NCBI RefSeq assembly: GCF_963921235.1
Contig: NC_086097.1
Span: forward strand, 70,496,001-70,560,000
Direction of reading: 5' to 3'
Origin: Mobula hypostoma
Lineage: Eukaryota
DNA: 64,000 nucleotides
The position numbers and the translations under genes are program-made. The notes beneath the pieces were generated by a model, which was given only the letters and a program-made list of their open reading frames with translations, did not search any database and was not told the origin of the DNA. The stretch's first letter is position 1, and the number at the start of each line of letters is the position of its first letter. This document shows, piece by piece, positions 36,545 through 50,542 of the stretch.

Positions 36545-38420
36545 AATACAGGAGATTCTGAAGATGCTATAAATCTAGAGCAACACACACAAAATGCTGG
36601 AGGAACCCAACAAGTCATTCAGCTTCTATGGAGGGGAATAAACAGTTGATATTTCAGGCTGTAACACTTCATCAGGACTGGAAAGGAAGGGGGCAGAAGC
36701 CAGAATAAAAAGCTGTGGGGAGGGGCAGTAGTATAAGTTGGCAGGTGATAGGAGAAACCAGGTGAGGGGGAAGGTGGGAATGAATTAAGAAGCTAGGAGG
36801 TGATAAGTGGAAGAGGTAAAGGGCTGAAGAAGGAGGTATCTGATAGGATGGGACAGTAGACCATGGGAGAAAGGAAAGTGGAGGATACCAGAGGGAGGAG
36901 ATAAACAGGTGAGGAGAAGTGGCAAGAGGAGACCAGAATAGGGAATGGAAAGAGAGAAAATGCAGGTAGGAGAAATTTCTAGAAACGAGAGAAATCAATG
37001 TTCATGCCTTCATGGAGACTACCCAGACAGAATATGAGGTGTTGCTCCTCCAGCCTCAGTGTGTCCTCATCATAGTAGTAGATGAGGACGTGAACTGAGA
37101 TGTTGGAATGGGAACAGGAACTTGAATTGAAATGGGTGGCCATTGGCAGATGACTAGGTGGTCCCCCAATCTAAGTCATGTCTCACCAGGAGCACCAGAT
37201 ACAATAGATGATCCCGGCAGACTGGCAAGTGAAGTTTTGCCTCGCCCAAAAGGACTGTTTAGGTCCCTGAGTGGTGGTGAGGGAGGAGGTCTACAGCCAA
37301 TTATAGCAGTTGTCCTCTTTGCAGGGAGAAGTAACAGGAGGGTGATCAGTGGGGTGTGGCAGGATCCCGCTGTAGATGGAAGTTACAGAGAAAGACATGC
37401 TTTATATGGAGGTCAGTGTGGTGGTAGGTATGGACAAGGGAAACGTTTCCCTTTTATGGTGGCAGGGTAATGGAGTAAGGGCAGATGTGTGGGAAATGGA
37501 GGAGATGTGTGCGAGAACAACATCGACAGTGGTGGAAGGGAAACTCTCTTCTTCGAAGGACATCTCAGGTGTCCTAGAATTGAAGGCATCCTAAGAATAA
37601 GTGCAGCAGAGATGGAGAAACTGAGAAAAAGGAATTGCAATTTTACAAGTGACAGGGTGGCAAGAGGTATAGTCAGGATGGTTGTGAGAGTCAGTTGGTC
37701 TACAAAAGAAACCAGTAGAAACCATAGATGGAGACAGAAAGGTGAGAAAGGGGAGAGAGGTGTCAGAGATGGATTAAGTAAATTTGAGGGCCGGGTGAAA
37801 GTTGGATGCAAAGTGAATGAAATGGATTTGCTCAGCATGGGTGCAAAAAGCAGAACCAATGTAGTCATCAACGCAGCACCAAAAGAGTTGGAGAGTGCTA
37901 CTAGTGAAGGCTTGGAACATGTAGTCAATGAAATGGCAGGTCTAGTTGGGGCCTATGCAAGCACCTATGGCTACACCTTGAGTTTGGAGAAAGTGGGAAG
38001 AGCCAAACAAATTGTTGAGGATGAGAACCAGTTCTGCCAGACAGAGGAAGGTATTGGTGGTGATAAACTGGTTTGGTCTGTTGTCCAGAAAGAGGCAGAG
38101 AGCTTTAAGGCCTGTCTGATGGAAGATAGAAGTTTACAAGGACTGGATATCCATAATGAAGATGAGGTGATCAGGACCAGGAAACTTAAAGTAATTGAAA
38201 AGATCAAGTGCATGTGAAATTTCATGGATGTAGGTGGGAAGATACTGAACCAAGATGGACAAATGGAGTGATGGTATGCAGATAGGAGTTCATTGGGGCA
38301 GGAGCAGTCAGAAACAATGGGCCTATCAGGACAGTCAAGTTTGTGGATCTTGGGTCAAGGTGGAAATGAGCAGTGCAGGTTGAGGGAACTATGAGGTTAG
38401 TGGGAGTGGATAGGAGATTT
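36545..38420 (-). mobile_element. Older PLE (RT, GIY-YIG, tail), decayed
   Basis: Reverse complement is homologous to 3248-5294. Hammerhead-like CAGTCCTGATGAAGTGTTACAGCCTGAAATATCAACTG at ~36643-36680. Confidence 0.88.
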
Positions 38421-39842
38421 CCAGTGGTGCCTCAACGACAACCTCTCCCTCATTGTCAGCTGATTATCAACCACAGGATAAAGAAGCTAGAGGTCCACGA
38501 GCCAGTCCTCATTGGAAGAACTGAGGCGGACAGGGTCAGTAGTTTTAAATTCCTTGGTGTCACACTATGATTAGGTTCTGAGTACTTTGGTTCTCCTCCA
38601 GTTAGTTTTTGCTTCTTCCTCTTATGCCACCAGCAACAGCAGAGAGGAAGAATGCTGATGGGGCTACTGTCAGAGGTTTTACGTGGCTGCCCTGGTTGAA
38701 TAATTGCCAGTAGGTCCGAGTTGTGAAATATCAGTGTGAGGCTTGAACTAATGCTGAGTTAGCGAGGATGAACTAAATTTTATGAATTGCTATGCTTGTA
38801 CAATGTGAATGGAACAGTGTTTATGGCTAGCACTGCTGTTGATAGGCCATAGCAGTGAGGTTTGAGCTCACTGTCCTTGATAAATAACATTGGGTCACCA
38901 ACCTTTTCCTGTCCTGCATTACATTCTCGCAGAAACTTTCCTGGCATCAACCTGAGTCACTATTTGTTCCCACCTCCTCTTTACCATACGTCTCAGGGTG
39001 TCCCTTGTTCCTACTGTTCTTTCCAGTACAATCATTCAGCTTCTGGAGTTCCTTGGTGCTAATTTTTGAGAGTTTCATTCAGTCCTTTCATGAAGTATCA
39101 CAGACTAAATAGACTTGAAAATACTTGTGCCAGTTCTTGCAGCCATAATTCAATGCCCCTTTCAGAGTGGCAGACTCTTTACTTCGGACTAGCAGGTGGT
39201 CGGTTCAGAAGGCCAGCTGAAGCGTCCAATGGACGGGGTAGGGAACACAGGAGCTATGCTCCAAACATTTAAAAATGCAGGCAGCACCAATTTTCAATGT
39301 TAGTTACTGGCATGCATTCATTCTATTCTATAAACACCATGCCTACTTTTGCAGCTTAACCTGGTTCTCCCCACTAAAAAACCTTTAGAATTTTCATTAA
39401 AAGGCAGAAAATGCACAGTAAAACTGAAAAGGCCCACCTGGTCTTAAGAAATTCTAAAATGCTGGCTGGAATTTCTATTTCATGGTGCTGACATTTTGTG
39501 TGCAAGGTGCTTGAATGAAGAGCGCAGGCCTCAGATAATGAAGCAGGATTTCACTGCAAGACTGAAGCCTAATGCAGTGTTAGTTTAAGGGCCTAGCCTT
39601 TGCTGGGCATTTGGTGTCTATTTGACTGCTTTAAGTTTTCATTGGTTTCAGGCAGCATCCAGATCAGAACCTGACCAGCCCCCAGTTACCTCTCTATGTC
39701 TCTCCAAACAGCTGCCAACTAGTACACCACCCTCATCTATCTGATAGACCTTATTGCAATCATCTCACCTCATTAATCATCTCCAGAACAAATCTAAGTA
39801 TCATTCTCTTTTTCATGCCCCAACTGTCCAGCCTGCCATTAT

Positions 39843-40300
39843 AATTGAATTGAATTGACTTTATTTCTTACATCCTTCACATACACGAGGAGTAAAAATG
39901 TTTACACTGTCTCCATCTAAATTTGCGATCTGCAATCATAGTAATTTATAATAATTTATAATAAATAGAACAGTCAATGTAACATAGAAATACACTCGAA
40001 TCAGCATGAGGTAATCAGTCTGATGGCGTGGTGGAAAAAGCTGTCCCGGAGTCTGTTGGTCCTGGCTTTTATGCTGCGGTATCAGTTCCTGAATGGTAGA
40101 AACTGGAATAGATTGTGGTTGGGGTGACTCGGGTCCCTAATGATCCTTTGGGCCCTTTTCTCACGCCTGTCTTTGTAAATGTCCTGAATCATGGGACATT
40201 CACAACTACAGATATGCTGGGCTGTCTGCACCACTCTCTGCAGAATCCTGCAATTAAGGGAGGTACAGTCCCCATACCAGGCAGTGATGCAGCCAGTCAT
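39843..40300 (-). mobile_element. Rex1/Babar LINE 3' fragment
   Basis: TGCITAWYGDCT...QRVVQTAQHI...IIRDPSHPNHNLFQFLP. (AATTG)n tail. Confidence 0.85.
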
Positions 40301-40859
40301 CTCCCCCTCCCACAGTAATCCTCTACTCACCCTTATTGCTTGTCCAACACCTGAGCACCAAACAACCCCCACACACAGAAAAGCATCTCCCCTGTGCTTT
40401 CCATCATTGTCTTTCAATATTGAACTGTAATTTCAAACCTTTCAGCTATTTTACCTTATCCTCACTTATATATTGGTTTAAAAATGTGCTAAAATAGAAT
40501 GCTTGCATTGCTCAGAAGGAATCACAGGTCCTCCACTGGTCATTGTAAATGAGAAGGCTCCCTGCCTCCCACGTGTCAAATTGGTTTTGTCTGTTTAATA
40601 ACGGGGTCTCTCCACACCAATGAACCAGGTCTCAGCTGATGGGAATCCTCACATCAGCTCCATCTTGAGCTTTTGTGTTTATTTCAGACACAGCCCATGC
40701 TATATTGATTGTATTGATTCAACTCTTTTCACCTGTATCAAGGCTAAATTACTGTCTGTGTGAAAATAATCCCCAAATCTGCCAACACAGAAGTCTATAA
40801 AGGCATGGTTACTGTCTCCATATAATAAACACGCAACATAGCTGATGCAATTAAATTGA

Positions 40860-41052
40860 GAAACATAGAAAATAGGTGCAGGAGTAGGCCATTCGGCCCT
40901 TTGAGCCTGCACCGCCATTTATTATGATCATGGCTGATCATCCAACTCAGAACCCTGCACCAGCCTTCGCTCCATACCCCCTGATCCCCGTAGCCACAAG
41001 GGCCATATCTAACTCCCTCTTAAACATAGCCAATGAACTGGCCTCAACTGTT
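40860..41052 (-). mobile_element. Young CR1 3' end
   Basis: Near-identical to the reverse complement of 10790-10985. Confidence 0.9.
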
Positions 41053-42714
41053 TTGGATTCAGGATTCAGTTGAAGCACATATAAAGCTGTTTTGCCCTCA
41101 ATATCTCAAAAGAGAAAGGCAAAACATAACTGGAAATTTTTAAACAGACATAAAAAGATGAAGCTTTTTTCGCCACTTAACTACTATACCCAAAGGATAA
41201 GTTTTGGACTCCAGCTCTACATGCAAAATCCTATAATCAAAGCTTACCTTGAAATGGTGTTTCAGATCCATGCTACCTCCATATTTAATGTTACATACTT
41301 GTGAAGAACTGTTTTCACAGACATCCTGCTTCAGTGCTTAAGGCCATGGTCTCTTGAGCTATCCAATACATAGTAATTAAGTCCATTGCAAGAAAGATGA
41401 CCATGCTGGCTCTTCTCTGCATTGTCTCCAGGAATTTAGTGTCTTGATGCATAAAACAAGACACAGTATTCTGATCAGTACAATATTCAATTTCCATACA
41501 AGGCCTTTTCATTCAACTCCCACTGCCTTACTGAAAGAATGAAATTGCATTCCCTACAGTAATTTTATCTGATAAATGTATAATTTTCTGAAACTCAAGA
41601 ACTTCCTTTGGCTTCATTGTTAGCTAATTCTATACAGCTCATCGAGCTTTAAACATTTTATTTCTTTTTCCAATGAATGTGTTACTTTTAACATATTTGC
41701 CATGGTCTGTTTACAGACTCATTCAATTTAGCTTTACATGCAGAAACTTGATTGTTTCCTTGAATATAACATACATCTCTCTACCCTGTTATCACCTAAA
41801 TATAAGAACACTGTGAATAAAGTTTCTGAATCTGAAATAATTTGTTTTGAGCCTTTTAAGCAGGTACAAAGTTGCAAATTCATTAATACCCTTGAGCCGA
41901 TTCGATCATCTTCTTTTGTGGAAGGCATCATACTTGGTCTTCTTCAACTGATGCTCCAAATAATAGCCAATATACAGTATATTTAATCATTTATTGTTCA
42001 TTCTCAGCCAGCCCCTGCAAACAGCCGACAGAATTTTCTCTTATTTGCTGGAAATGTCATTAGATTCTTATCTGCCGCACTCTATTTTTCATTATCTTTT
42101 AAATAAAATTTTCAATGTTCTGGTAGAACCACCCCCTTCCTTCCCACGGAGTTTGGAAATGTCATTTAGCTTTCTCATTTTACTTGCAAGACACCATTTA
42201 TTTGTGGATCATATTCAAATTCAGTTGCATATTTTCCTTTATGTAATTGGTTTCAAGATTTCCTCAGACTTCCCTTTTTTGAGTCTTAGAGCCAAGTCTG
42301 AGCTAAAAGCAGTGCCTGGCTTATGATCATATCTGTAATGCAGGTACACTATAGTTGTGGGATGGGTCATCTACAACGTGAACTGGGATCAAGTAATTTG
42401 ACTATATTGACAGCACTTCTGAACTTCACAACCTTCACCACCAAGAAACAGAGGCAACAGCAGATGTGTGGGAACCACCTGCTGCTTTCCCTCCAATTCA
42501 CACACCATCCTAACCTGGAGATTTACTGCCATTTCTTCACTGCATCTCCTTACCCCTCAGCACCTTGGGAGTACCTTTAACTAGAGGCTCACAACTCTCT
42601 TCCCAAGGGCAATGGGAAATAAATGCCATTCCTGACAACGAAGCCCACATCATGAGAATGAATAAATTAAGAAAAATTGTAATTCTATTCCCACTATCAT
42701 TCTAATTTTGGGGT

Positions 42715-43475
42715 TTCTAAATTGGAGAAGGGCCAATTTGATGGTGTCTAAAAGGATTTGGCCAATGTAGATTGGGAGAAGTGTTCCCTCGAGCTCTGTA
42801 GGAGGCAAGTGCAGAAATTTCAGGGGCCTAAGCAGAGATATTTAAAAAGTCCTTAGCTACTGGTGAGATGCTCAAGGATTGGAGGATAGTTAATGTTGTT
42901 CAATTACATTTTAAAAATAAGTCAGGTAATTATAGGTCAGTGAGCCTGACATCAGTAGTGAATAAGATAGTGGAAGGTATTCTAAGGGATGGATATATAA
43001 GAATTTTGATGGACAGGGTCCAATTATGGATACTAACATAGATTTATACATGTGGTGGATCATGACTAACCAATCTGAGTTTTTCGAGGAGGGTTCCAGG
43101 AAAGTTGATGAAAGCAAGACAGTGGATCTTGTCTGCATGGCTTTTAGCAAGGCCTTTGACAAGGTCTCACATGGGAGGTTGGTTAAGGCAGTTGGCATTC
43201 AAGGTGAAGTAGTAGATTGGATTAGACATTGGTTTTGTTTGGGAAGCCAGAGAGTGGTAGTAGATGGTTGCCTCTCTGACTGAAGGTCTGAATATTGGTA
43301 TGCTAAAGCCTGTGTCCCTTGTTGTGTGTCATCTATGTTAATGATCTGGATGATAATGTGGTACATTGGATCTGCAAATTTGTGGTTGACATCATGATTG
43401 GGGCATTGAAAACAGTGAAGTAGCCTATCAAAGCTTGCAGCATGAACGGGACCAGCTGCAAAAATGGCCTGAAAA
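42715..43475 (+). mobile_element. Old CR1 RT fragment
   Basis: VDLVCMAFSKAFDKVSHGRL...WIRHW...QRVVVDG. Confidence 0.85.
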
Positions 43476-44517
43476 TTTCAATTCTTAGATTCCCTCTTTC
43501 TGTCCTGAAGTAAAATAAGCCACAATGCTGGCAAATGCTGTAGAATGAATAGACATATTACTCACAGCTCTGATTATTTGTACTCAGTGCACTCATGTTC
43601 TTCTCTTACATTTGGGTTGATTAATTTTCCTCAGGGTAAGTCCCCATTTCTTCACAGATGGATTGTCCAAGATCCAACATGCTGAGTATTCAATTATTAC
43701 CCCTTCAAGTCCTCATTGTCAACTTGCCTTCTCTGACCAAGTTATACAATTGTGAATGACAGCTCAGTACTCCTTTCTTAGCACTACCTGCCTGCATTAT
43801 TGTGCTTTTCCTATTCATGCTGTTTACCATGCCTTGTCATTTTTGTTATGACACTTGTAATTTAAATAGGAAAAGCATTCAGGCAAGGAAACAGAAACAT
43901 GATTACACATTTATGCAGAGGAGCTAAACAATTTTAAAACACAAGGCTGTTAAAATATTAACTGTGTAAAGCACTGCATTAACACCAAATGTTTACACAA
44001 ATGTGATGAATTGCTTATTTACTGTGTAAACTATTTTTAATATACCATACAATAAGAGTATGTTAATATGAAAAGCAAATTCCATCTCAACCTTTAGCTG
44101 ATGTTTGCAATCTTCTGAAACAATTTTCTGGTAAAATATTACATTTTATTGAAGGGCCATATTCTATAACACAAAGTGAAATGTCTTCATCTGTCATGCT
44201 GTGTTTAAGTGATGCGACATAATAACTTTAGCCCTTCAGGAGACAGTGAGTACACCAATGACATTGGCAGAGACACGCATACAACTGTGGCTTCTGAAGT
44301 TTGCTTTTAGGGATGCTCTGTCAGGGAGACAGGCTCCCAAAAACCCTCACTGAAATCTGGAGTTAAACCCATCCTCCATCTTACCTGGTGAATGACAGGA
44401 AGGAAAGTATAGTTTTTATCACAGCAACAGAACTACAATGAGATAAAGTGAAAGTTTATTCATGTTGTTCTGCTGCTTGCTGCATCATCAAGGAATGTGC
44501 ATTCACACATGAAGGGA

Positions 44518-45118
44518 TATTAGATTAGATTATGAGGACACAGTCATTTAGTAATGCATGCATTAAGAAATGATACAATATTCCTCCTGTGTGATATCAT
44601 GGAAACACAGGACAGACCAAGACTGAAAAACTAACAAAACCACATAATTATAACATTAGTTACAACAGCGCAACAATACCATAACTTGATGAAGAACAGT
44701 CTATGGCATAGTGAAAAAGTTCAAAGTCTCTTGATAGTCCCACATCTCACACAGACAGGAGAAGGAAGAAAACTCTCCCTGCTATGCCCAACCACAGTCA
44801 GACTCAGTCATCCGAAAACTTTGAGCTCCGATCAGCCCTCCAACACTGAGTACGGAATACCATCTCTGCTGAACGCTTCGACCTCAGCCTCGGTCGTCAG
44901 CAGCAGGCAAAGCCGGGGATTTTGGGGCCTTCCCGCTGGAGATTCTCAATCGCACAATAGCAGCGACAGCGAACCAGGCATTTCAGAAATTTCTCCAGAT
45001 GTTCCTCTGCTTCTCACATCTGTCTCCATCAAATCAGAATTGTGCACGGCATCCTACTTACAAATACGATATCATTTCACCAGAGCTGTGTGTGCTGCAT
45101 CACACTGCCATCTTCTCC
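44518..45118 (-). mobile_element. Non-autonomous retroelement (family A)
   Basis: Homologous to 5865-6528. 5' GGAGAAGATGGC start and 3' (AATCT)n tail. Confidence 0.75.
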
Positions 45119-45344
45119 TCCAGCCCTGGCTATGGGCAAAAAGCAGGAGATTGGGGCTGAGAGGGAAAATGGATCAGTCATAATGAAAGTGGGCCTAATG
45201 ACCTATTCTACTCCTTTATCTTGTGGCTTATGGTCAAATATTTGAACTCCTTTCCTTCTGAAGGGCAGTAGATGGATCTAATTGCCAGTGGATGGGTGTA
45301 GCATTATTCTTCTACTATTGCTCTGAAGCTGTTCAACCTGTAAC

Positions 45345-46727
45345 TGTCACAATGGGGTGCTGGGAACAGGCCCAAATGCAAGACACAGACACCGAAGTAC
45401 AAGGAACAGGACTTGACTGGAGTAGGGACTTGACAGGATACAGGCAAGGAGCAGGGACAAGAATGCAGACTTGGGCAAGGGAAAGTGGGACTAGGACTAG
45501 AAACCATGGACTAGGAGACAAGGCATCGACTCCAAGCACAAGACTGGACATGGACCCAGAACCTGGGTCTTGCTTCATGCTCAGACCCCAGAACCAGGCA
45601 AGGATATGACATGGCTTCAGGACAGGAGGTGGCTGGGGACTCAAGGCCTGAGCTTGGAGCTTGACTGCAGGACCTTTGAGGCTTGGGTTCTTGGAGCTTG
45701 GCTGTGGGACCTTCAAGGCTTGAGTTCTTGAAGCTTAGAGACAGACTGGGAGCTGAGCAGGGACAAGAATGCAGACTTGGGCAAGGGAAAGTGGGACTAG
45801 GACTAGAAACCATGGACTAGGAGACAAGGCATCGACTCCAAGCACAAGACTGGACATGGACCCAGAACCTGGGTCTTGCTTCATGCTCAGACCCCAGAAC
45901 CAGGCAAGGATATGACATGGCTTCAGGACAGGAGGTGGCTGGGGACTCAAGGCCTGAGCTTGGAGCTTGACTGCAGGACCTTTGAGGCTTGGGTTCTTGG
46001 AGCTTGGCTGTGGGACCTTCAAGGCTTGAGTTCTTGAAGCTTAGAGACAGACTGGGAGCTGAACATCAATGTGAGATAGGACTTATCCTAAGACAAGCCA
46101 GGACTCAACTTCATCTCCACACCAAGGAGAGACAGGTCCCTGTCAGGTAACAGCAGAACAGCCAGTCTTACCCAACAGAGGTGAGGGCAAGACAAGACAA
46201 ATTTCCCCCCCATAGGGCAACAGCAAAACAGCCTAGCTTACCCCACAGAGGCTAGGACAAGAGACAAACACCAAAGAACCACAGATAGTTCCATCTCTGC
46301 TCTGGAGAAGCTCCAAGTCTCAGTTCAGCCAGCAGCCTCAGCTGGCTACAGAAACAGCAGGATCCCTACTTAGCTTGGAGTGGCTGGCATCCACTCAGCT
46401 AGCCCAGGAAACAGCCAAATCCATACTGCAAAGACAGATTCAACTACCAACAGCAAGGCTCCATGAAGCAATAGTTCTCCAACACAGCCTAAAGACAACA
46501 AGTGGCCACTCTAGCCTTCCACCAGCAGGTTGCTCCCAGGGGAACTGACAAGACAAACCAGCAGCTCATACTCAACCCCAAGGCTACTTATATTCCAAGC
46601 CGCAAGATGGGAATCAGGTGCCTATGCTTAACTCAATCAAATGAGGGACAGCTGGAAGACCCGGAGTCCTGAGTCCACGGACCGGACTGTGAACTGGAAT
46701 GCGGACTTCATGGACTGGACCATGACA
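45345..46727 (-). mobile_element. Solo LTR (Gypsy/BEL-like) with internal 306-bp tandem duplication
   Basis: TGTCA...TGACA inverted termini. 5-bp flanks GTAAC/ATAAC. TATA-like TATAAG on the minus strand at ~46590. Confidence 0.7.
45449..46060. repeat. Two apparently identical tandem copies of 306 bp
   Basis: 45449-45754 matches 45755-46060, and the overlapping ORF translations are identical. Confidence 0.95.
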
Positions 46728-47219
46728 ATAACAAGGTCCTATCATTTCCTAATATTGAAATATAATGCCCTAGCATCGTTAGTTTGTTAACATTCGGCCT
46801 TTCCATTTTGTAAGTCCTTTGTTGCTTTAGAATTCAACAACTATAACCAACTTCTTCCTATTTTGCTTCCCTCTAGGAAAGCTCAGTGGGACAGCAGTGT
46901 GAAGATGGCGTACTCCTTTCCCTATAGCACTGACTACCCACTTCAGTCATGCTTTGCAACTTTTAGGAATTTGCCCAGTTGAGTTAAAACACACATGCAG
47001 TGAGAGTTTTAGGATTTTGAGTGGGATCCATGATTGGGCTTGGACAGGAGTAGCCCAGTGGTACACCAGCTAACACTGGTGCTCAATCATGATATCAGAT
47101 ATTCTCTGTATGGAGTTTGAATTTCTCCTTGTGATTGTGAGGGTTTTCTCTGGGTATCCCAGTTTCCTGCCTCTTAATGTGGATAAATGGCAAAGAAAGA
47201 AGAAACAAAAGGAGCCATA

Positions 47220-48420
47220 GGATCATAAGACATAGGAGCAGACTTAGGCCATCTGCCCATCATGTCTTCTTCAATCATGACTGATATATTTTCCTTCTTA
47301 ATCCTATTCTTTTGTCTTCTCCCCATAATATTTTTGCATCCTTACTAATGGGTACCTGTCGAACTCTGCTTTAAATAGACCTGGTGGTGTAGTCTGTGGC
47401 AATGAGTTCCACAGATTCATCTCCCTCTGGTTAAATAAATTCTTTCCTCATCATTAGGGACATTGAAGAGACACTCTTAGATAGGCACACAGATGAAAGA
47501 CACATGGGGCAGATAGGTTTGATTGATCCTGCAGTAGATTAAAGGGTTAGCACAACATTGTGGGCCAAAGGGCCTGTATTGTGCTGTACAGTTCTATGTT
47601 CTATCTCTGTTCTAAAGGGGCATCCTATTCTGAGGCTGTGTCCTCTGGCTCTAGACTCTCCCATTATTGGAAATATACTCTCCATGTTCAGTCTATCTAG
47701 GCCTTTAAATATACAGTAAGTTTCAATTAGATCCCCCACCATTCTTCTAAACTCCAGCAGTACAGGCCCAGAGCCATCAAAAGTTCCTCATACATCAACT
47801 CTTCTGTTCCAGGATCATTCTTGTAAACCTACTCTGGACCTTCTCTATTGCCAGCACATCTTTACTTAGATATGGGACCCAAAACTGCTCACAATACCTC
47901 AGATGTAGTCTGACAAGTGCCTTATAAAGCCTCAGCATTACATCTTTCTTGAAATGAGTGCTAACATTGCATTTTATTTCCTTACTACAAACTCAACCTG
48001 CAAGATAGCCTTTAGGGAATTCTGCACCTCTGATTTCCTCAAATAATTCTAACAGGTTTGTCAGGCAAGATTTCAACAGAGGGAAACCACGCCAACTTTG
48101 GCCTATTTTATCATGTGCCTCCAAGTACCCTGAAATATCATCCTTAACAATGGACTTATCTTACCAACCACTGAAGGTAGGCTAACTGGCCTATAATTTC
48201 CTGTCTTTTGCTTCCTTATCTTCTTAAAAGAGTGAAGTAATATTTGCAAATTTCCTGTCTTCTGGAACCATTCGAGAATCTGGTGATTCTTGAAAGATCA
48301 CAACCACTTCAGCTACGTTTTTCAGAACCCTGGGGCGTGGTCCATCCGGATCCAGGCAACTGCAGACCTTTCAGTTTCCCAAGCACCTTCTCCTTAGCAA
48401 AAGCAACTACACTCTCTACT
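47220..48420 (-). mobile_element. Old CR1 fragments, with a short opposite-strand CR1 3' end inserted at ~47455-47600
   Basis: GDLIETYCIFKGLDRL motif and CATAAGA tail at ~47225. Confidence 0.8.
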
Positions 48421-49137
48421 CACCTGTACCTCCTTGCCAAAGTCTCTGGCACCAAAGCCTCAGATTGTAGATTCCTCCAGTGGCCACTCACACAATGGGC
48501 AATCCAAAATGTCGTCTGCCTCTCCTCCCCAAAGCCTCTTGAGCCACTTTTACTTTGCCCACTCCGACAATGTCTGTTTCCATAGTGGCTAATCCACTTA
48601 AATCTCATTTCCTTTGATTGGCCCAATTGAAACCCACATGCAAGGAGACTTGCTGTTTTTGACCATTCCTGCGCTCGCACAGAGCTCACTCTCGCCACTC
48701 CAAAGCCTACTTCGGCCAAGGCCATTCAGCTAATCACCTCCTTTAACACTATCCACTTTCCTTTACACCTCCGATGCATTTCACTCTATGTTTCAATGTA
48801 CACATGACATCAACTTGGATCTTGATTCTCAGATTATTTTCTTTTGCCCATTTCCTTTCTTCCCAGCAACATAAGAATGATTTACATGGGGATAGTAATT
48901 GTGTTAAGGTGGGAAAGCAATGAAGTTTAACTGAAAACAGAATTTTACTAACAAGAACACTGAGGATTAACTGACAGATTCAGTAAATTTCAAGACTGCT
49001 GTTAGAATTTCTATCCTAGTTCAGATGAAGGTTGCTGACCTGACTTCTCAATCTGGTTCTCTTTCCACTCACCGAATGAATGTTTCCAGCATTGTCTGCT
49101 GCTTCAGCTTTTGGCATCTGCAGTCATTTTTGATTGT

Positions 49138-50470
49138 AGACCATAAGAGATAGGAGCAGAATTAGGCCATTCGTCCCATTGAGTCTGCTTCACCATTCCA
49201 TCATTGCTGATTCATTATCTCTCTCTCAATCTCATTCTCCTGTTTTTTTTCCTGTAACCTTTGGTGCTCTTATTAATCAAAAAACTTATCAGCCTCAGCT
49301 TTAAACATACCCAATATAATATCCTAGGTCTGCTGCTGTCTGTGGCAATGAATTCCACGGATTCACCACCCTCTGTCTAAACTAATTCTTCCTCATCTCA
49401 GTTGAAAAGAGACATACTTGTATTCTGAGGCGGTGCCTTCTGGTCCTAGATTCCCCCCACTGTAGGAAACATCCTCTCTACATCCACTCTATTAACTGTA
49501 GGCCATTCAATATTCAATAGGTTTCAATGCAACCCCCATCATTCTTCTAAACTTCAGCAAGTACAGGCCAGGGATGCCAAACGTTCATCATATATTAACC
49601 TGTTCATTCCCAGAATGATTCCCATTAAGCTCATGTGGACCCTCTCCAATGGCAGTACATCTTTTCTTAGGTAAAGTGCCCAAAGCTGGTCACAGTACTC
49701 CGAGTGACCAATGCCATATAAAGCATCAGCACTGCATCCTTGCTTTTATATTCGAATCTCTCAAAATGAATGTTAACATTGCATTTTCCTTCCTTACCAC
49801 AACTTGTCCTGCAAATTAACCTTTAGGGAATACTGCACAAGGACTCCCAAAGTCCCTTTGTACCTCTGCTTTCTGAATTTTCTACCGGTTTGGAAAATTG
49901 TCTAAGCCTTTATTTCTTCCATCAAAGTGCATGACCATACACTTCACTGCACTATATTCCATCTGCCACTTCTTTGCCCATTCTCCCAATCTGTCTGAGT
50001 CCTTCTGCAGGGCCCCCTTTATTCCCATTTTTTGCCTCCTACCAATCAGCCAATCTTCTATCTATGCTAGTATCTTTCCTGTAATACCATGGGCACTTAT
50101 CTTGTTTAGCTGTCTCAAATGCCTTCTGAAAATTCAGGTAAACAACATCCTCTATCTCTCCTTTGTCTATCCTGCCTGTCATTTCCTCAAAGAATTCCAA
50201 CTGGTCTGTCAGGCAAGATATCCTCTTAAGAAAACCATGCTGGCTTTGGCCTATTTTAATCATGTGCCTTCAAGTACCCTGAAAACTCATCCTTAATAAT
50301 GGACTTCAACATCCTTCCAACCACTGCCGTCAGGCTAATTAGTCTATATTAACTTTCTTTAGTCTACCTCCCTTCCTAAAGATTGGAATGACATTTGCAA
50401 TTTTCCAGTCCTCTGGAACCATTCCAGAATCTGGTGATTCATGAAAGATCATTACTAATGATCACTACTA
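49138..50470 (-). mobile_element. Old CR1 fragment
   Basis: IGQSQHGFLKRISCLTDQLEFFEEMT...DVVYLNFQKAFE. Same subfamily as 25252-26580. Confidence 0.85.
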
Positions 50471-50542
50471 ATCTTCATTTATGGCCAGAATCTGCTAGCT
50501 TCCTCTTGAAGCCTAATGATTTAAACTCTCTGCATGGGTGAA

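Noticed and set aside
37489..38217. 242-aa plus-strand ORF
   Set aside because: Antisense frame of a decayed PLE RT.
10790..41052. Long-range near-perfect inverted repeat (10790-10985 vs 40860-41052) as ends of a giant element
   Set aside because: Both are independent 3' ends of a young CR1 subfamily with their own tails, and there is no shared TSD.
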